Positions 37,361-46,467 are shown, counted from the stretch's first letter. The stretch is DNA of 64,000 bases from Candidatus Omnitrophota bacterium (GCA_030650425.1 JAUSED010000009.1:32904-96903); one strand, 5' to 3'. Numbers and translations are program-made. Notes: generated by a model from the sequence alone, not told the origin.

Positions 37361-39190
37361 ATGGCTAAGAAAAATGGTTTCAAACGTTCTCAGTTTGGTT
37401 GGATACTAGGGATTATTATTTTTTTTGTGATTATAAATTCCTTGAGTATTCCCGCGGGTGGAATACCCAAGGAAACTACTTACGGTAATTTTTATTCCAT
37501 CCTGAAGAATAATCCGGAAAAAATCAAATCCGTAACCAAAGTCGAAGCCGTGCTGCAAGGTGAATTTACGGATAATTCCAAATTTTTGGTGAATATTCCG
37601 GAGAATGACACTGAGTTGCTCAATCTTTTACGTCAGAATGTGAGGGCTTTTGATGTTAAGCCTCAGCGCACCTTCTGGACATCTTTACTTTTTAACCTGG
37701 GCCCAATACTGCTTCTTATATTTTTCTGGTGGATGATGGCTGCCCGGGGAGAGCAGCTGGGTAATAAGATTATGACTTTTGGTAAAGCTGTCCCTAAGAT
37801 ACACAGCGGCACGGAAAAGGTAACTTTTAACGACGTGGCCGGTGTGGATGAAGCCAAGGAAGAGTTAAAAGAAGTAATCGAATTTTTAAAAGATCCTAAA
37901 AGATTCCAAAAACTGGGAGGGAAAATCCCTAAGGGAGTGCTGCTGGTGGGGCCGCCGGGCTGCGGGAAAACCTTGATTGCCAAGGCTGTAGCCGGAGAAG
38001 CGGGAGTTCCCTTTTTCTCAATTAGCGGCTCGGATTTTGTCGAAATGTTTGTGGGCGTAGGCGCCAGCCGCGTCCGGGATTTATTTGATCAGGGAAGGCG
38101 CGCGTCCAAGGTATCGGGTAAAGGCGCGATTATTTTTATCGACGAGATTGACGCGGTCGGCCGCCTGCGTTTTTCCGGCATCGGCGGAGGCCATGATGAA
38201 CGCGAACAGACATTGAACGCGCTTTTAGTGGAGATGGATGGTTTTGACAGTTTAAAAGGGTTAATTCTGATTGCCGCGACTAACCGGCCGGATACTTTAG
38301 ATCCGGCTTTACTGCGTCCGGGAAGATTTGACCGCACGATTATTGTAAGCTTCCCTGATATCAAAGGGAGGGAAGAAATTCTTAGAGTCCACACCCGTAA
38401 GATTAAGCTTGATCCGTCCGTTGACCTAAAATCAATCGCCTCGCAGACTCCCGGTTTTTCCGGAGCGGACTTGGCAAACTTATGCAACGAAGCCGCGCTG
38501 CTTGCCGCCAGAAACAGCAAAGAAATGGTTGAGGAATCTGATCTCGATAAGTCGGTTGAGCGGGTATTGATGGGGCCTGAAAAGAAGAGCCATATTATCT
38601 CTAAAAAAGAGAAAGAGATCACTGCTTTCCATGAGTCAGGGCACGCGTTACTATCGTTAATCTTGCCCGAAGTAAACCCTTTAAAAAAGGTTTCCATTAT
38701 TCCCAGGGGCTTAGCCGGCGGTTATACTTTTACCCCGCCGCTGGAAGACAGGCATTATTGGACAAAGAGAGAGTTAATCGCTGAAATCACCATGATGCTG
38801 GGAGGCCGCGCTTCCGAAGAGGTTAATTTGACGGAAGTAACTACCGGCGCGCAGAATGATCTTGAAATGGCCACCGGAATGGCTCGACGCATGGTTACTC
38901 AATTTGGGATGTCGGAAAAATTAGGGAATATAACTTTGGGACGCAGGGAAGGCCTGGTTTTTCTGGGTAAAGACATTATGGAAGAAAAAAATTACAGCGA
39001 TGAGACCGCGCGCTTAATCGATGAAGAGGTAAGGCAAATAGTTGAAGGTGCTTACGTAAAGGCGAAGAACCTGTTGCAACAGAACGCGGGTAAGTTAAAA
39101 ATATTAGCCGGTACTCTTATTGAAAAAGAAGTGATGAGCGGAGATGACGTCAAGCGCCTGTTGGGGATAGAAAAATCCGACCTTGCCTAA
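37361..39190 (+). CDS. ftsH: ATP-dependent zinc metalloprotease FtsH
   Basis: Two TM segments, an AAA domain ([23 protein letters not shown]), and zinc motif HESGHAL. Confidence 0.95.
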   Translation: MAKKNGFKRSQFGWILGIIIFFVIINSLSIPAGGIPKETTYGNFYSILKNNPEKIKSVTKVEAVLQGEFTDNSKFLVNIPENDTELLNLLRQNVRAFDVKPQRTFWTSLLFNLGPILLLIFFWWMMAARGEQLGNKIMTFGKAVPKIHSGTEKVTFNDVAGVDEAKEELKEVIEFLKDPKRFQKLGGKIPKGVLLVGPPGCGKTLIAKAVAGEAGVPFFSISGSDFVEMFVGVGASRVRDLFDQGRRASKVSGKGAIIFIDEIDAVGRLRFSGIGGGHDEREQTLNALLVEMDGFDSLKGLILIAATNRPDTLDPALLRPGRFDRTIIVSFPDIKGREEILRVHTRKIKLDPSVDLKSIASQTPGFSGADLANLCNEAALLAARNSKEMVEESDLDKSVERVLMGPEKKSHIISKKEKEITAFHESGHALLSLILPEVNPLKKVSIIPRGLAGGYTFTPPLEDRHYWTKRELIAEITMMLGGRASEEVNLTEVTTGAQNDLEMATGMARRMVTQFGMSEKLGNITLGRREGLVFLGKDIMEEKNYSDETARLIDEEVRQIVEGAYVKAKNLLQQNAGKLKILAGTLIEKEVMSGDDVKRLLGIEKSDLA

Positions 39191-40407
39191 TGCGTATTTT
39201 AAGCTTATCAAAAGAAAAGGATTTAAAACAGCTTATGCGGGATATCCATGTGGATACCTATGGCATAAAGATTATGCTGCCTAAGGCCCAAGGGTATCTG
39301 CTTAAGGTCAATGCCTTGAATAACATTTCGGCCAATATCCTGAAACAGGAGATGCTTTCTTTGGGCGGAGATGTGGCGGTAGCGCGCGGAGCCTTAACCG
39401 GTAAAGTTAAAAAAACAGACTGCCTGATTATGGGAAGCCTTGCCCAATTAGACAGGCTAAGCGATAAATTACGCAAACAGCCTTTCGGCCTGAATACAAT
39501 GGGACGAGAGATTGGCCAAGTCTTAGAAAATTATCAGAGAGAAAATCTTAGTTTAGTTTTGGGAGGGCATAAATTTAATTTTGGAACGCGTTCTTATATT
39601 ATGGGAATTGTGAATCTAACCCCAGATTCATTCAGTGGAGATGGTTTGTATGCGGGAAAGGATGGAAAAAACTACGGACTACGGACTACCGACTACGGAC
39701 TTATTTGTAATTACGCGGAGCAATTAGTAAAGGATGGCGCGGATATCATCGATATCGGCGGCGAATCAACTCGTCCGGGAGCAAAACCCGTTTCTTTAGA
39801 GGAGGAACTTTCGAGGGTAATTCCGGTAATCAAGGCCGCGGCCAAAAAAATAAAAGCGCCTATATCCGTAGATACTTATAAACCCGAAGTAGCCAGGCAG
39901 GCTTTGGATAACGGCGCAAGCATGGTTAACGATATCACTGCTTTAAAAAACAGTAAGATGTCCAAAGCGGCCAGTCATTATAAAGCGGGTGTGGCGATTA
40001 TGCATATGCGGGGAAATCCACGCTTGATGCAGAAAAATCCGCGCTACGTATCTTTAATCGATGAGATTATCGAATATTTGTCCGCCGCGCTTACCCGTGG
40101 CGTGGAAGCCGGAATAGCTAAGGAAAAGATCGTTATTGATCCGGGGATAGGCTTTGGAAAAACTCCGGAACATAATTTTGAAATACTAAAGAGGCTAAAA
40201 GAATTTAAGGTTTTAGGCCGGCCGATTTTAGTAGGGGTTTCGCGCAAGGCATTCATTGGTAAAATTTTGAATGTCGGTGCTGAGGATAGGATTTTTGGCT
40301 CGGTTGCTTCTTGCGTATTAGCGGCGAAAAATGGCGCGAATATTTTTAGGGTTCATGATGTTAAAGCCGTTAAACAAGCGCTCTTAATCGAGGATAAGAT
40401 CGGATGA
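39190..40407 (+). CDS. folP: Dihydropteroate synthase with an extra N-terminal domain of about 120 aa
   Basis: The DHPS core starts around residue 125 (IMGIVNLTPDSFSGDG...DIIDIGGESTRPGA). The N-terminal domain was not recognised. An internal heptamer tandem repeat lies at 39668-39697. Confidence 0.85.
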   Translation: MRILSLSKEKDLKQLMRDIHVDTYGIKIMLPKAQGYLLKVNALNNISANILKQEMLSLGGDVAVARGALTGKVKKTDCLIMGSLAQLDRLSDKLRKQPFGLNTMGREIGQVLENYQRENLSLVLGGHKFNFGTRSYIMGIVNLTPDSFSGDGLYAGKDGKNYGLRTTDYGLICNYAEQLVKDGADIIDIGGESTRPGAKPVSLEEELSRVIPVIKAAAKKIKAPISVDTYKPEVARQALDNGASMVNDITALKNSKMSKAASHYKAGVAIMHMRGNPRLMQKNPRYVSLIDEIIEYLSAALTRGVEAGIAKEKIVIDPGIGFGKTPEHNFEILKRLKEFKVLGRPILVGVSRKAFIGKILNVGAEDRIFGSVASCVLAAKNGANIFRVHDVKAVKQALLIEDKIG

Positions 40408-41168
40408 TAGACTTAACGCATGTCTTGATATACTGGAAGGCTATCCTGGAGATAATAATTTTATGGATTGTTATTTATCAGGTTATGCTTTTCTTCGAAG
40501 GGACTCGCGCCATACAGGTCGTGCGCGGGATTGCCTTAGTTCTAGTCGCTTTTTTCCTTTTCCAGAAGCTGGGCTTGGAGAGGCTAGACTGGCTCTTCAG
40601 GAATTTTTTCGCTACCTCGGTTATCGCGCTGTTGATTATCTTTCATCCTGAAATAAGGCAAGGACTGGCGCGCCTAGGCCGCAGAAATATTTTTGTTAAC
40701 TCTATGGACGAAGAAGAGCTGGATCAGATGCTTAAGGAAATCAGTAAAGCAGTAGCGGATCTATCCGGATATAAGATCGGCGCGTTAATCGCGATTGAAA
40801 AAAATGACCCGCTCTCCGGTTATGTAGAAAGCGGGATTAGGGTGGACGCAAAAGTATCTTCAGAATTAATTCAGGCAATCTTTACTCCCAATAACCCCTT
40901 GCATGACGGAGGAATGATTATTCAGCGCAATAGAATAGTAAGCGCGGGCGCGCTCTTTCCTTTGGCCCAAAGGCTCGATATTGACCGTATCTTTGGAACG
41001 CGGCACAGGGCAGCTTTAGGCTTAAGCGAAGAATCGGACGCGTTAATTGTCGTTGTCTCAGAAGAAAGGCAGGATATTTCCTTGGTTTATCAGGGAAGGT
41101 TATATAATAATCTGACCCACGAAGATTTATTCCTCAAGGCCAAAGAAATAATCAAAGTGAGGAAATAA
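40404..41168 (+). CDS. cdaA: Diadenylate cyclase (c-di-AMP synthase)
   Basis: N-terminal TM helices and DAC domain motifs DGGMII and RHRAALG. Confidence 0.85.
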   Translation: MIDLTHVLIYWKAILEIIILWIVIYQVMLFFEGTRAIQVVRGIALVLVAFFLFQKLGLERLDWLFRNFFATSVIALLIIFHPEIRQGLARLGRRNIFVNSMDEEELDQMLKEISKAVADLSGYKIGALIAIEKNDPLSGYVESGIRVDAKVSSELIQAIFTPNNPLHDGGMIIQRNRIVSAGALFPLAQRLDIDRIFGTRHRAALGLSEESDALIVVVSEERQDISLVYQGRLYNNLTHEDLFLKAKEIIKVRK

Positions 41169-41306
41169 ATGCGTAAAAAGGCCTTTAATTTTATTGACCG
41201 AATACTCCATCTGTTTACCTATCACCCGTGGCTTAAGCTCATCTCTCTGGTTCTAGCCATTATTGTTTGGCTCTATATCAAAGAAGAGATGTCTCTTGGA
41301 CAGTAA
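41169..41306 (+). pseudogene. Truncated YbbR/CdaR-like N-terminal remnant (45 aa, TM helix only)
   Basis: MRKKAFNFIDRILHLFTYHPWLKLISLVLAIIVWLYIKEE resembles the N-terminal TM anchor of CdaR (YbbR). The frame stops after 45 codons, overlapping the pdxJ start (TAATG). Confidence 0.35.
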
Positions 41307-42016
41307 TGCGTTTAGGCGTAAACATAGATCATGTCGCAACCTTGAGAGAGGCTAGGGGTGGGTTGGATCCCGAACCCGTGTTTGCCGCTTTGATCGCGGA
41401 AGCAAGCGGAGCCGACGCGATTGTCGCGCATTTAAGGGAAGACCGCCGGCACATCAATGATGAGGACCTTTTTTTATTAAAAGGAGTAATTAGGACAAGG
41501 CTTAACCTTGAAATGTCGATTGCGCCTGAGATTGTAGAGATCGCTTGCAGGATTAAACCTGATCAGGCGACGCTGGTTCCTGAGAAGCGGCAGGAGCTAA
41601 CCACTGAAGGCGGCTTAGATATCGTTTTCCATCAACAAAAAATAAAAAAAGTCGTAAAAAAGTTAAATGAATCTGGAATTGAGGTCAGTCTGTTTATTGA
41701 CCCTTCTAAAAAACAGATTAATGCTAGTCAAAAAACCGGGGCAAAGATGCTTGAGTTGCATACCGGCGCCTACGCCAACGCTAAAAATAAGACAGAAGAA
41801 GATAAGTATTTTAAAGAATTGAAATCCGCGGTTCGCTTTGCAGGAAAACTTGGCTTTCAGGTTTTTGCCGGCCATGGTTTAAATTATACCAATACCGCAA
41901 GAATTGCCGCAATCGACGGAATCGAAGAATTGAATATCGGCCACTCCATCATCTCACGGGCAGTTTTTACCGGTTTAGGCAACGCGATCAAAGAAATGAA
42001 GGAATTAATGAGATGA
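41306..42016 (+). CDS. pdxJ: Pyridoxine 5'-phosphate synthase
   Basis: RLGVNIDHVATLREARGG and HLREDRRHI motifs. The start is chosen at the ATG at 41306. Confidence 0.9.
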   Translation: MRLGVNIDHVATLREARGGLDPEPVFAALIAEASGADAIVAHLREDRRHINDEDLFLLKGVIRTRLNLEMSIAPEIVEIACRIKPDQATLVPEKRQELTTEGGLDIVFHQQKIKKVVKKLNESGIEVSLFIDPSKKQINASQKTGAKMLELHTGAYANAKNKTEEDKYFKELKSAVRFAGKLGFQVFAGHGLNYTNTARIAAIDGIEELNIGHSIISRAVFTGLGNAIKEMKELMR

Positions 42017-42369
42017 TTTTAGGGTCAGGGGTAGATATAACCGAAGTGAACCGGATAAAAAAAGCGATTGAGAAATGGGGGGAATCATTTTTAAACCGCG
42101 TATTTACCGCGGGCGAATTAATTAACGCCAAGACCCGGGGTAGTTTATATCAGCACCTTGCCGGAAGATTCGCTGCTAAAGAAGCGGTATTTAAGGCTTT
42201 AGGGGATGCGGATTTGAACTGGCAAGACGTTGAGATTTTGAATGACCGGCAAGGAAAACCATCCTGCAAGTTTCTGAATGCCAAGGGCCAAGGAGTGGAT
42301 GTGATTGTTTCCATCTCTCATGTAAAGAACTATGCGGTTGCCAACGCGATTATTACGAAGAAAGGCTGA
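42013..42369 (+). CDS. acpS: Holo-[acyl-carrier-protein] synthase
   Basis: ILGSGVDITEVNRI and FAAKEAVFKAL are the AcpS pattern. It sits in the classic pdxJ-acpS arrangement. Confidence 0.85.
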   Translation: MILGSGVDITEVNRIKKAIEKWGESFLNRVFTAGELINAKTRGSLYQHLAGRFAAKEAVFKALGDADLNWQDVEILNDRQGKPSCKFLNAKGQGVDVIVSISHVKNYAVANAIITKKG

Positions 42370-43198
42370 TAGCAGTAAAGGCGATTACGGCCATATCTTT
42401 ATCTTAGCCGGTTGCGCGCGCTATGCGGGAGCAGCTGTCCTTTGCGCGGAAGCAATAATGCGCAGCGGCGCGGGATTAGTTACCTTAGGTATTCCTAAAA
42501 GTATAAACAGCGCCATAATCAAAATAAAACCTAAAGAAGTAATGACTCTGCCTCTGCCGGAAACAGCCAGCGGTTCATTAAGCGCTAAGGCGTTTAAAAA
42601 AATTAAAGATTTTGCAAGAAAAATTGATCTATTAGTTATTGGTCCGGGATTGGGCCGGGATAAATCTACGCAAAGTTTGGCGCGTAAGGTTGCGCGCAAT
42701 ATAAATAAGCCGACGGTTATTGACGCTGATGGTTTGAATGCTTTGGCAGGCCATCTTGATTTATTAGCTAAAACCTATAACCTAACACCTGAAACCATAA
42801 TCTTGACGCCGCATCCGGGTGAGATGAGCCGGCTTTTGGGAATTAGTGTGAATAAAATCCAAAATAATAGAAGAGAGATCGCCAATAAATTTGTTAAAGA
42901 TTATCCGGTAACTTTGGTTCTAAAAGGCCATAATACTATAGTCGCGGAGTATAAGGATAAAATATATGTAAATAAAACGGGTAATCCGGGAATGAGCTCC
43001 GCCGGCAGCGGAGACGTCTTAAGCGGAATGATTGCCGCGTTTTTGGGGCAAGGTTTAGATGCCTTTAATGCTGCTAAATACGGAGTGTATCTGCACGGAT
43101 TAGCCGGAGATCTGGCGGCAAAAGAAAAAACGCAAATTTCCTTGATTGCCTCGGATATTATTGCTAAAATCCCAGAGGCGATTAAAAAGTCTAGTTAA
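42332..43198 (+). CDS. nnrD: ADP-dependent NAD(P)H-hydrate dehydratase (YjeF C-terminal domain)
   Basis: GDYGHIFILAGCARYAGAAVLCAEA, GPGLG and SAGSGDVLSGMIAAF motifs. The exact start is uncertain; the ORF-track ATG overlaps acpS by 38 nt. Confidence 0.75.
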   Translation: MRLPTRLLRRKADSSKGDYGHIFILAGCARYAGAAVLCAEAIMRSGAGLVTLGIPKSINSAIIKIKPKEVMTLPLPETASGSLSAKAFKKIKDFARKIDLLVIGPGLGRDKSTQSLARKVARNINKPTVIDADGLNALAGHLDLLAKTYNLTPETIILTPHPGEMSRLLGISVNKIQNNRREIANKFVKDYPVTLVLKGHNTIVAEYKDKIYVNKTGNPGMSSAGSGDVLSGMIAAFLGQGLDAFNAAKYGVYLHGLAGDLAAKEKTQISLIASDIIAKIPEAIKKSS

Positions 43199-43199
43199 C

Positions 43200-43272
43200 G
43201 CCGGCGTAGCTCAGTTGGTAGAGCGTCTGTTTTGTAAACAGATGGTCGGGGGTTCGATTCCTCTCGCCGGCT
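43200..43272 (+). tRNA. tRNA-Thr (anticodon TGT)
   Basis: Acceptor GCCGGCG/CGCCGGC, D-arm GCTC-AGTTGGTA-GAGC, anticodon loop TTTGTAA, T-loop TTCGATT. Confidence 0.85.
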
Positions 43273-43290
43273 TTTGAAAATATAAATAAA

Positions 43291-43578
43291 GGGTAGGTAC
43301 CCAAGTGGCCAAAGGGGGCAGACTGTGTAAACGCAGCGTCATGTCGAAAGGCGTGATGGAAAAGTAGGTGAATTCAGGGAACCCCTTAGTATATCTTTAC
43401 TGAGGGCAATCCTGAGCCAAGCCCGCCAATTTTATACGGCGGGAAGGTGCAGAGACTAAGCGCCTACCACCTAAAGCTTACAGCTATGGTGATGAGATAG
43501 TCCAAGCCTCAAGGTAACTTGAGGGCTCTTGAAATCTGCTGCACTTGTGCTTCAGAGGTTCGAATCCTCTCCTGCCCA
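43291..43578 (+). tRNA. tRNA-Tyr (anticodon GTA) interrupted in the anticodon loop by a group I intron
   Basis: Exon 1 at 43291-43326 gives acceptor GGGTAGG, a class-II 3-bp D-stem, and anticodon stem GCAGA plus CTGT. Exon 2 at 43532-43578 gives AAA, TCTGC, a long variable arm hairpin, T-arm AGAGG-TTCGAAT-CCTCT, and acceptor CCTGCCC. The spliced loop is CTGTAAA. Confidence 0.8.
43327..43531 (+). ncRNA. Group I intron (subgroup IC3-like, 205 nt) inside the tRNA-Tyr anticodon loop
   Basis: P1 pairs exon CTGT with internal guide sequence GCAG, giving a U·G wobble at the 5' splice site. It ends in G before exon 2. The core GGAAGGTGCAGAGACTAAGCGCCTACCACCTAAAGC...CTATGG...GATAGTCC closely resembles the R and S (P7) elements and 3' core of the Azoarcus tRNA-Ile intron. 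No ORF is present. Confidence 0.8.
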
Positions 43579-43607
43579 TTAAAATTTTCCGACAAGGAAA
43601 ATTTTAA
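43579..43607 (+). other. Perfect 12-bp stem-loop immediately 3' of tRNA-Tyr
   Basis: TTAAAATTTTCC-GACAA-GGAAAATTTTAA. A second hairpin with the same GACAA loop, CAGCCC-GACAA-GGGCTG, lies at 43641-43657. Confidence 0.5.
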
Positions 43608-43672
43608 TGGCACTAAAGCGAGCGTAAACAGCCCGACAAGGGCTGTAGCGAGCGTAGTGCCTAGAGTGAAAT

Positions 43673-43746
43673 GCGGGTGTAGTTCAATGGTAGAACAATA
43701 GCCTTCCAAGCTATATATGTCGGTTCGATTCCGATCACCCGCTCCA
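43673..43746 (+). tRNA. tRNA-Gly (anticodon TCC) with an encoded CCA
   Basis: Acceptor GCGGGTG/CACCCGC, D-arm GTTC-AATGGTA-GAAC, anticodon loop CTTCCAA, T-loop TTCGATT. Confidence 0.85.
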
Positions 43747-43755
43747 AGAAGGAAA

Positions 43756-45222
43756 ATGAATCCTGACTGCCAGAAAACTATTCCTAAGATCATTAATGAT
43801 GCCAGCGTAATTATGTTTTATCTGGATCTTAAGGGTAATATTTCTATGTGCAATAAAAAAGCGGAAGAAATGTTAAATCGATCTAGAGAGGAACTATCCG
43901 GTAAAAATATGTTAGATATTTTGTATCCTGACGCCTCCGCGCTCATCAAGCTGCAAATGTTTAAAGCTGTGTTGGATGATTCGGTTACTTACAAGAGGTC
44001 AAGTATTTTTGAGGGGACCATTCGTGACTCCGCGAAGATAGAGCATGTTATATCCTGGAATATAACCCCGATGCTCGATGAATCCAGTGTTTTGGAAGGC
44101 ATCCTGCTTTTAGGTAACGACGTAACCCTGCTTAAAGAAAGAGAAGCATCAGTCAAAAAGATTGATGATACCCTTAGAAATATCTTATCCAGTATTAAAG
44201 AATACGCCCTATACGCGGCCAACCTGGAAGGAAATATAACTTACTATGGTATGGGCTTTGAGTCTATGTTCGGGTGGCAAAAGAGCGAGATTGTCTTCAA
44301 GCATGTCGGCTTACTGCATACGTTTGATGACGTAACGCATAAACTTCCTTTTATTCTGGAGCAGGTAAGGAGCTTGGGCCAGTATGAACTTGAGATTTAC
44401 CTTGTTAAAAAGAATGGAGAATCTTTTCCGGTCAAACTAAGCGTAAGCCAGTTCCTCGACGCGGACGCCAAGCCCGTCGGTTATATTTTTATAGCTAAAG
44501 ATATCACCGAAGAGAAGAAGCTTGAGTATCAGATTTTCCAGTCTGAAAAAATGTCAGCGGTAGGAAAGCTTGCCGCTGGTATGGCCCATGAAATCAATAA
44601 CCCGCTTTTTGTTATCTCCGGGACATTAGAGATGCTTTTTGAAAATAAAAAACTCGGTAAGGAGTTGAGAAAAAAATTAACTACCATCGATAATCAGGCA
44701 GAGAGGATTCGTAAACTTGTAGACCGTTTTCTGGCATTTGCCCGTAAAACTTCGCCTAACCAGGAAAATTTAGACATCAATAAAATAATAAAAAATGTCT
44801 TGCCGCTTCTTTCGTACCATAAGATGCCATCGCATAAAATACGCATAGTCAAGGAATTTGCCAAGAAACTTTCGTTGGTTAAAGGCGATGCGCATCAATT
44901 ACAGGAAGTCTTTATAAATTTATTCATCAATGCCTGCCAGGCAATGCCTGAAGGAGGAAAACTTTCAATAAAGACCAGTGGTTCCTCCGGGGAATTCGCC
45001 CAAATTAATATTACCGATACAGGCAGCGGGATAACGGCTGAGAATTTAAAAAATTTATTCCTCCCTTTTTTCTCGACCAAAAACGAAGGAACTGGTTTGG
45101 GGTTATCTATTTGCTACAATATAATTAAAAATCATCACGGCACTATCGAGGTAGAGAGTCAAATCGGTAAAGGTACGACTTTTATTATAAGAATTCCCTT
45201 TATCAAAGACACCCCGCGCTAA
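43756..45222 (+). CDS. PAS/PAC sensor histidine kinase (cytoplasmic)
   Basis: Two PAS-like regions, an H-box GMAHEINNPL, and an HATPase_c domain (DTGSGI, GTGLGLSI). The start is placed at the ATG at 43756, after tRNA-Gly. Confidence 0.8.
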   Translation: MNPDCQKTIPKIINDASVIMFYLDLKGNISMCNKKAEEMLNRSREELSGKNMLDILYPDASALIKLQMFKAVLDDSVTYKRSSIFEGTIRDSAKIEHVISWNITPMLDESSVLEGILLLGNDVTLLKEREASVKKIDDTLRNILSSIKEYALYAANLEGNITYYGMGFESMFGWQKSEIVFKHVGLLHTFDDVTHKLPFILEQVRSLGQYELEIYLVKKNGESFPVKLSVSQFLDADAKPVGYIFIAKDITEEKKLEYQIFQSEKMSAVGKLAAGMAHEINNPLFVISGTLEMLFENKKLGKELRKKLTTIDNQAERIRKLVDRFLAFARKTSPNQENLDINKIIKNVLPLLSYHKMPSHKIRIVKEFAKKLSLVKGDAHQLQEVFINLFINACQAMPEGGKLSIKTSGSSGEFAQINITDTGSGITAENLKNLFLPFFSTKNEGTGLGLSICYNIIKNHHGTIEVESQIGKGTTFIIRIPFIKDTPR

Positions 45223-45309
45223 GGCACCTGGCGCTTATTGGAATTGCGCCAGTGTTCCCTTGCGGGAAGAATCGCGTGGGTGTTTCGCATTCTGCGAAAG
45301 GAGCATGAG

Positions 45310-45696
45310 ATGTCCTCTAAAATTTTAGTAGTGGATGATGAAGCGCCTGTTCGGGATATGTTCAAAGAGTTACTTAAGAAACAAGGTTACCAGGTTTTTA
45401 CAGTCGCAACCGGAGAGGAAGCGCTGGAGGCTGTCGCTAAAGAAGACTTTGATGCTGTTCTGTTGGATGTAAAACTAACCGGAATAAGCGGGCTGGAGAC
45501 ATTAAAAATAATTAAAGAAAGAAAACCGGAGTTGATAGTTATTATGATTACCGGATTTGGCTATGATGATGAGTTGGTTACCAAATCCAATGAATACGGT
45601 TGTTCCGGTTATATCGGTAAGAATGCTGATATTTCGCAAATCATACACTGTTTTAAGTGTTTTATTAAAGAGGCTAAAGAAAAAAACAATAAGTAA
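45310..45696 (+). CDS. Single-domain response regulator (receiver)
   Basis: KILVVDDEAPVRDM...LLDVKLTGISGLE. An AAAGGAG RBS precedes the ATG at 45310. Confidence 0.8.
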   Translation: MSSKILVVDDEAPVRDMFKELLKKQGYQVFTVATGEEALEAVAKEDFDAVLLDVKLTGISGLETLKIIKERKPELIVIMITGFGYDDELVTKSNEYGCSGYIGKNADISQIIHCFKCFIKEAKEKNNK

Positions 45697-45717
45697 TATT
45701 CTGGGGTTAATGAACAT

Positions 45718-46467
45718 ATGAGTGAAGAATTATTAAAACCGGTTTTTATAGATGCCTTTGATTTGGATGATGCCTGGTTTCAGTGTCTATCCGAAATACT
45801 CGATCACGGGCATGTTTATACCATTACCAAGGGGAGCTACGAAGGCCAAAAGCGCCTGGAATTTGATTATGCGGTTGTGCGCGTAAAAAAACCCGCTCAT
45901 CAGATTATTCCCATCATCCCGGAAGGGATGAGCATACCCGCGCCAACGGATATGGATTATATCCAAGGGTATCTAAGTTATCTTATGACGGGGACCAAGA
46001 CCGCGACCGAAGATTATACTTACGGAGAAAGGCTGGTCAGCCCCACAGTTAAATTGAAGCAGAAAATAGAAGGCAAAGAAATGGTGCAGAATATGCCGCT
46101 GGAGGTTAACCAAATAGAAGAGGTAATCAAGCTCTACAAAGAAAAAGGGTTTGGAACGAATCAGGCGATCATGGAGATTGGAATGCCGTCAGATATAAAA
46201 TTAGTTGACCCGCCCTGTTTAAGGCTGATCGATACAAGGATTAGATATGGCAAACTGCATTTTATGCTCTATTTTCGCTCTTGGGATTTATGGGGCGGTT
46301 TCCCTTCGAATCTTGGCGGACTGCAATTAGTCAAGCAGTATATGGCGGAAGAAATAGGGGTCCAAGACGGTGAGATTATCGCCGCCAGTAAGGGCCTGCA
46401 TCTTTATGATTATGCCTGGGATCTGGCTAAACTCAGGACTAATAAAAACAGTTTGGTTATAAAATAA
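45718..46467 (+). CDS. Thymidylate synthase family protein (divergent ThyA/dUMP-dCMP hydroxymethylase-like)
   Basis: DPPCLRL (the nucleophile region) and LHFMLYFRSWDLWGGFPSNLGGLQL...GLHLYDY align with the ThyA core [23 protein letters not shown]...GDTHLY. The N-terminus is divergent. Confidence 0.55.
   Translation: MSEELLKPVFIDAFDLDDAWFQCLSEILDHGHVYTITKGSYEGQKRLEFDYAVVRVKKPAHQIIPIIPEGMSIPAPTDMDYIQGYLSYLMTGTKTATEDYTYGERLVSPTVKLKQKIEGKEMVQNMPLEVNQIEEVIKLYKEKGFGTNQAIMEIGMPSDIKLVDPPCLRLIDTRIRYGKLHFMLYFRSWDLWGGFPSNLGGLQLVKQYMAEEIGVQDGEIIAASKGLHLYDYAWDLAKLRTNKNSLVIK

Noticed and set aside
43509-43793. ORF-track ORFs 43519..43701 (+, 60 aa) and 43509..43793 (-, 94 aa).
   Set aside because: They lie entirely across the tRNA-Tyr exon 2/intron, the spacer hairpins and tRNA-Gly. 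These are structured RNA genes, so they are not coding.
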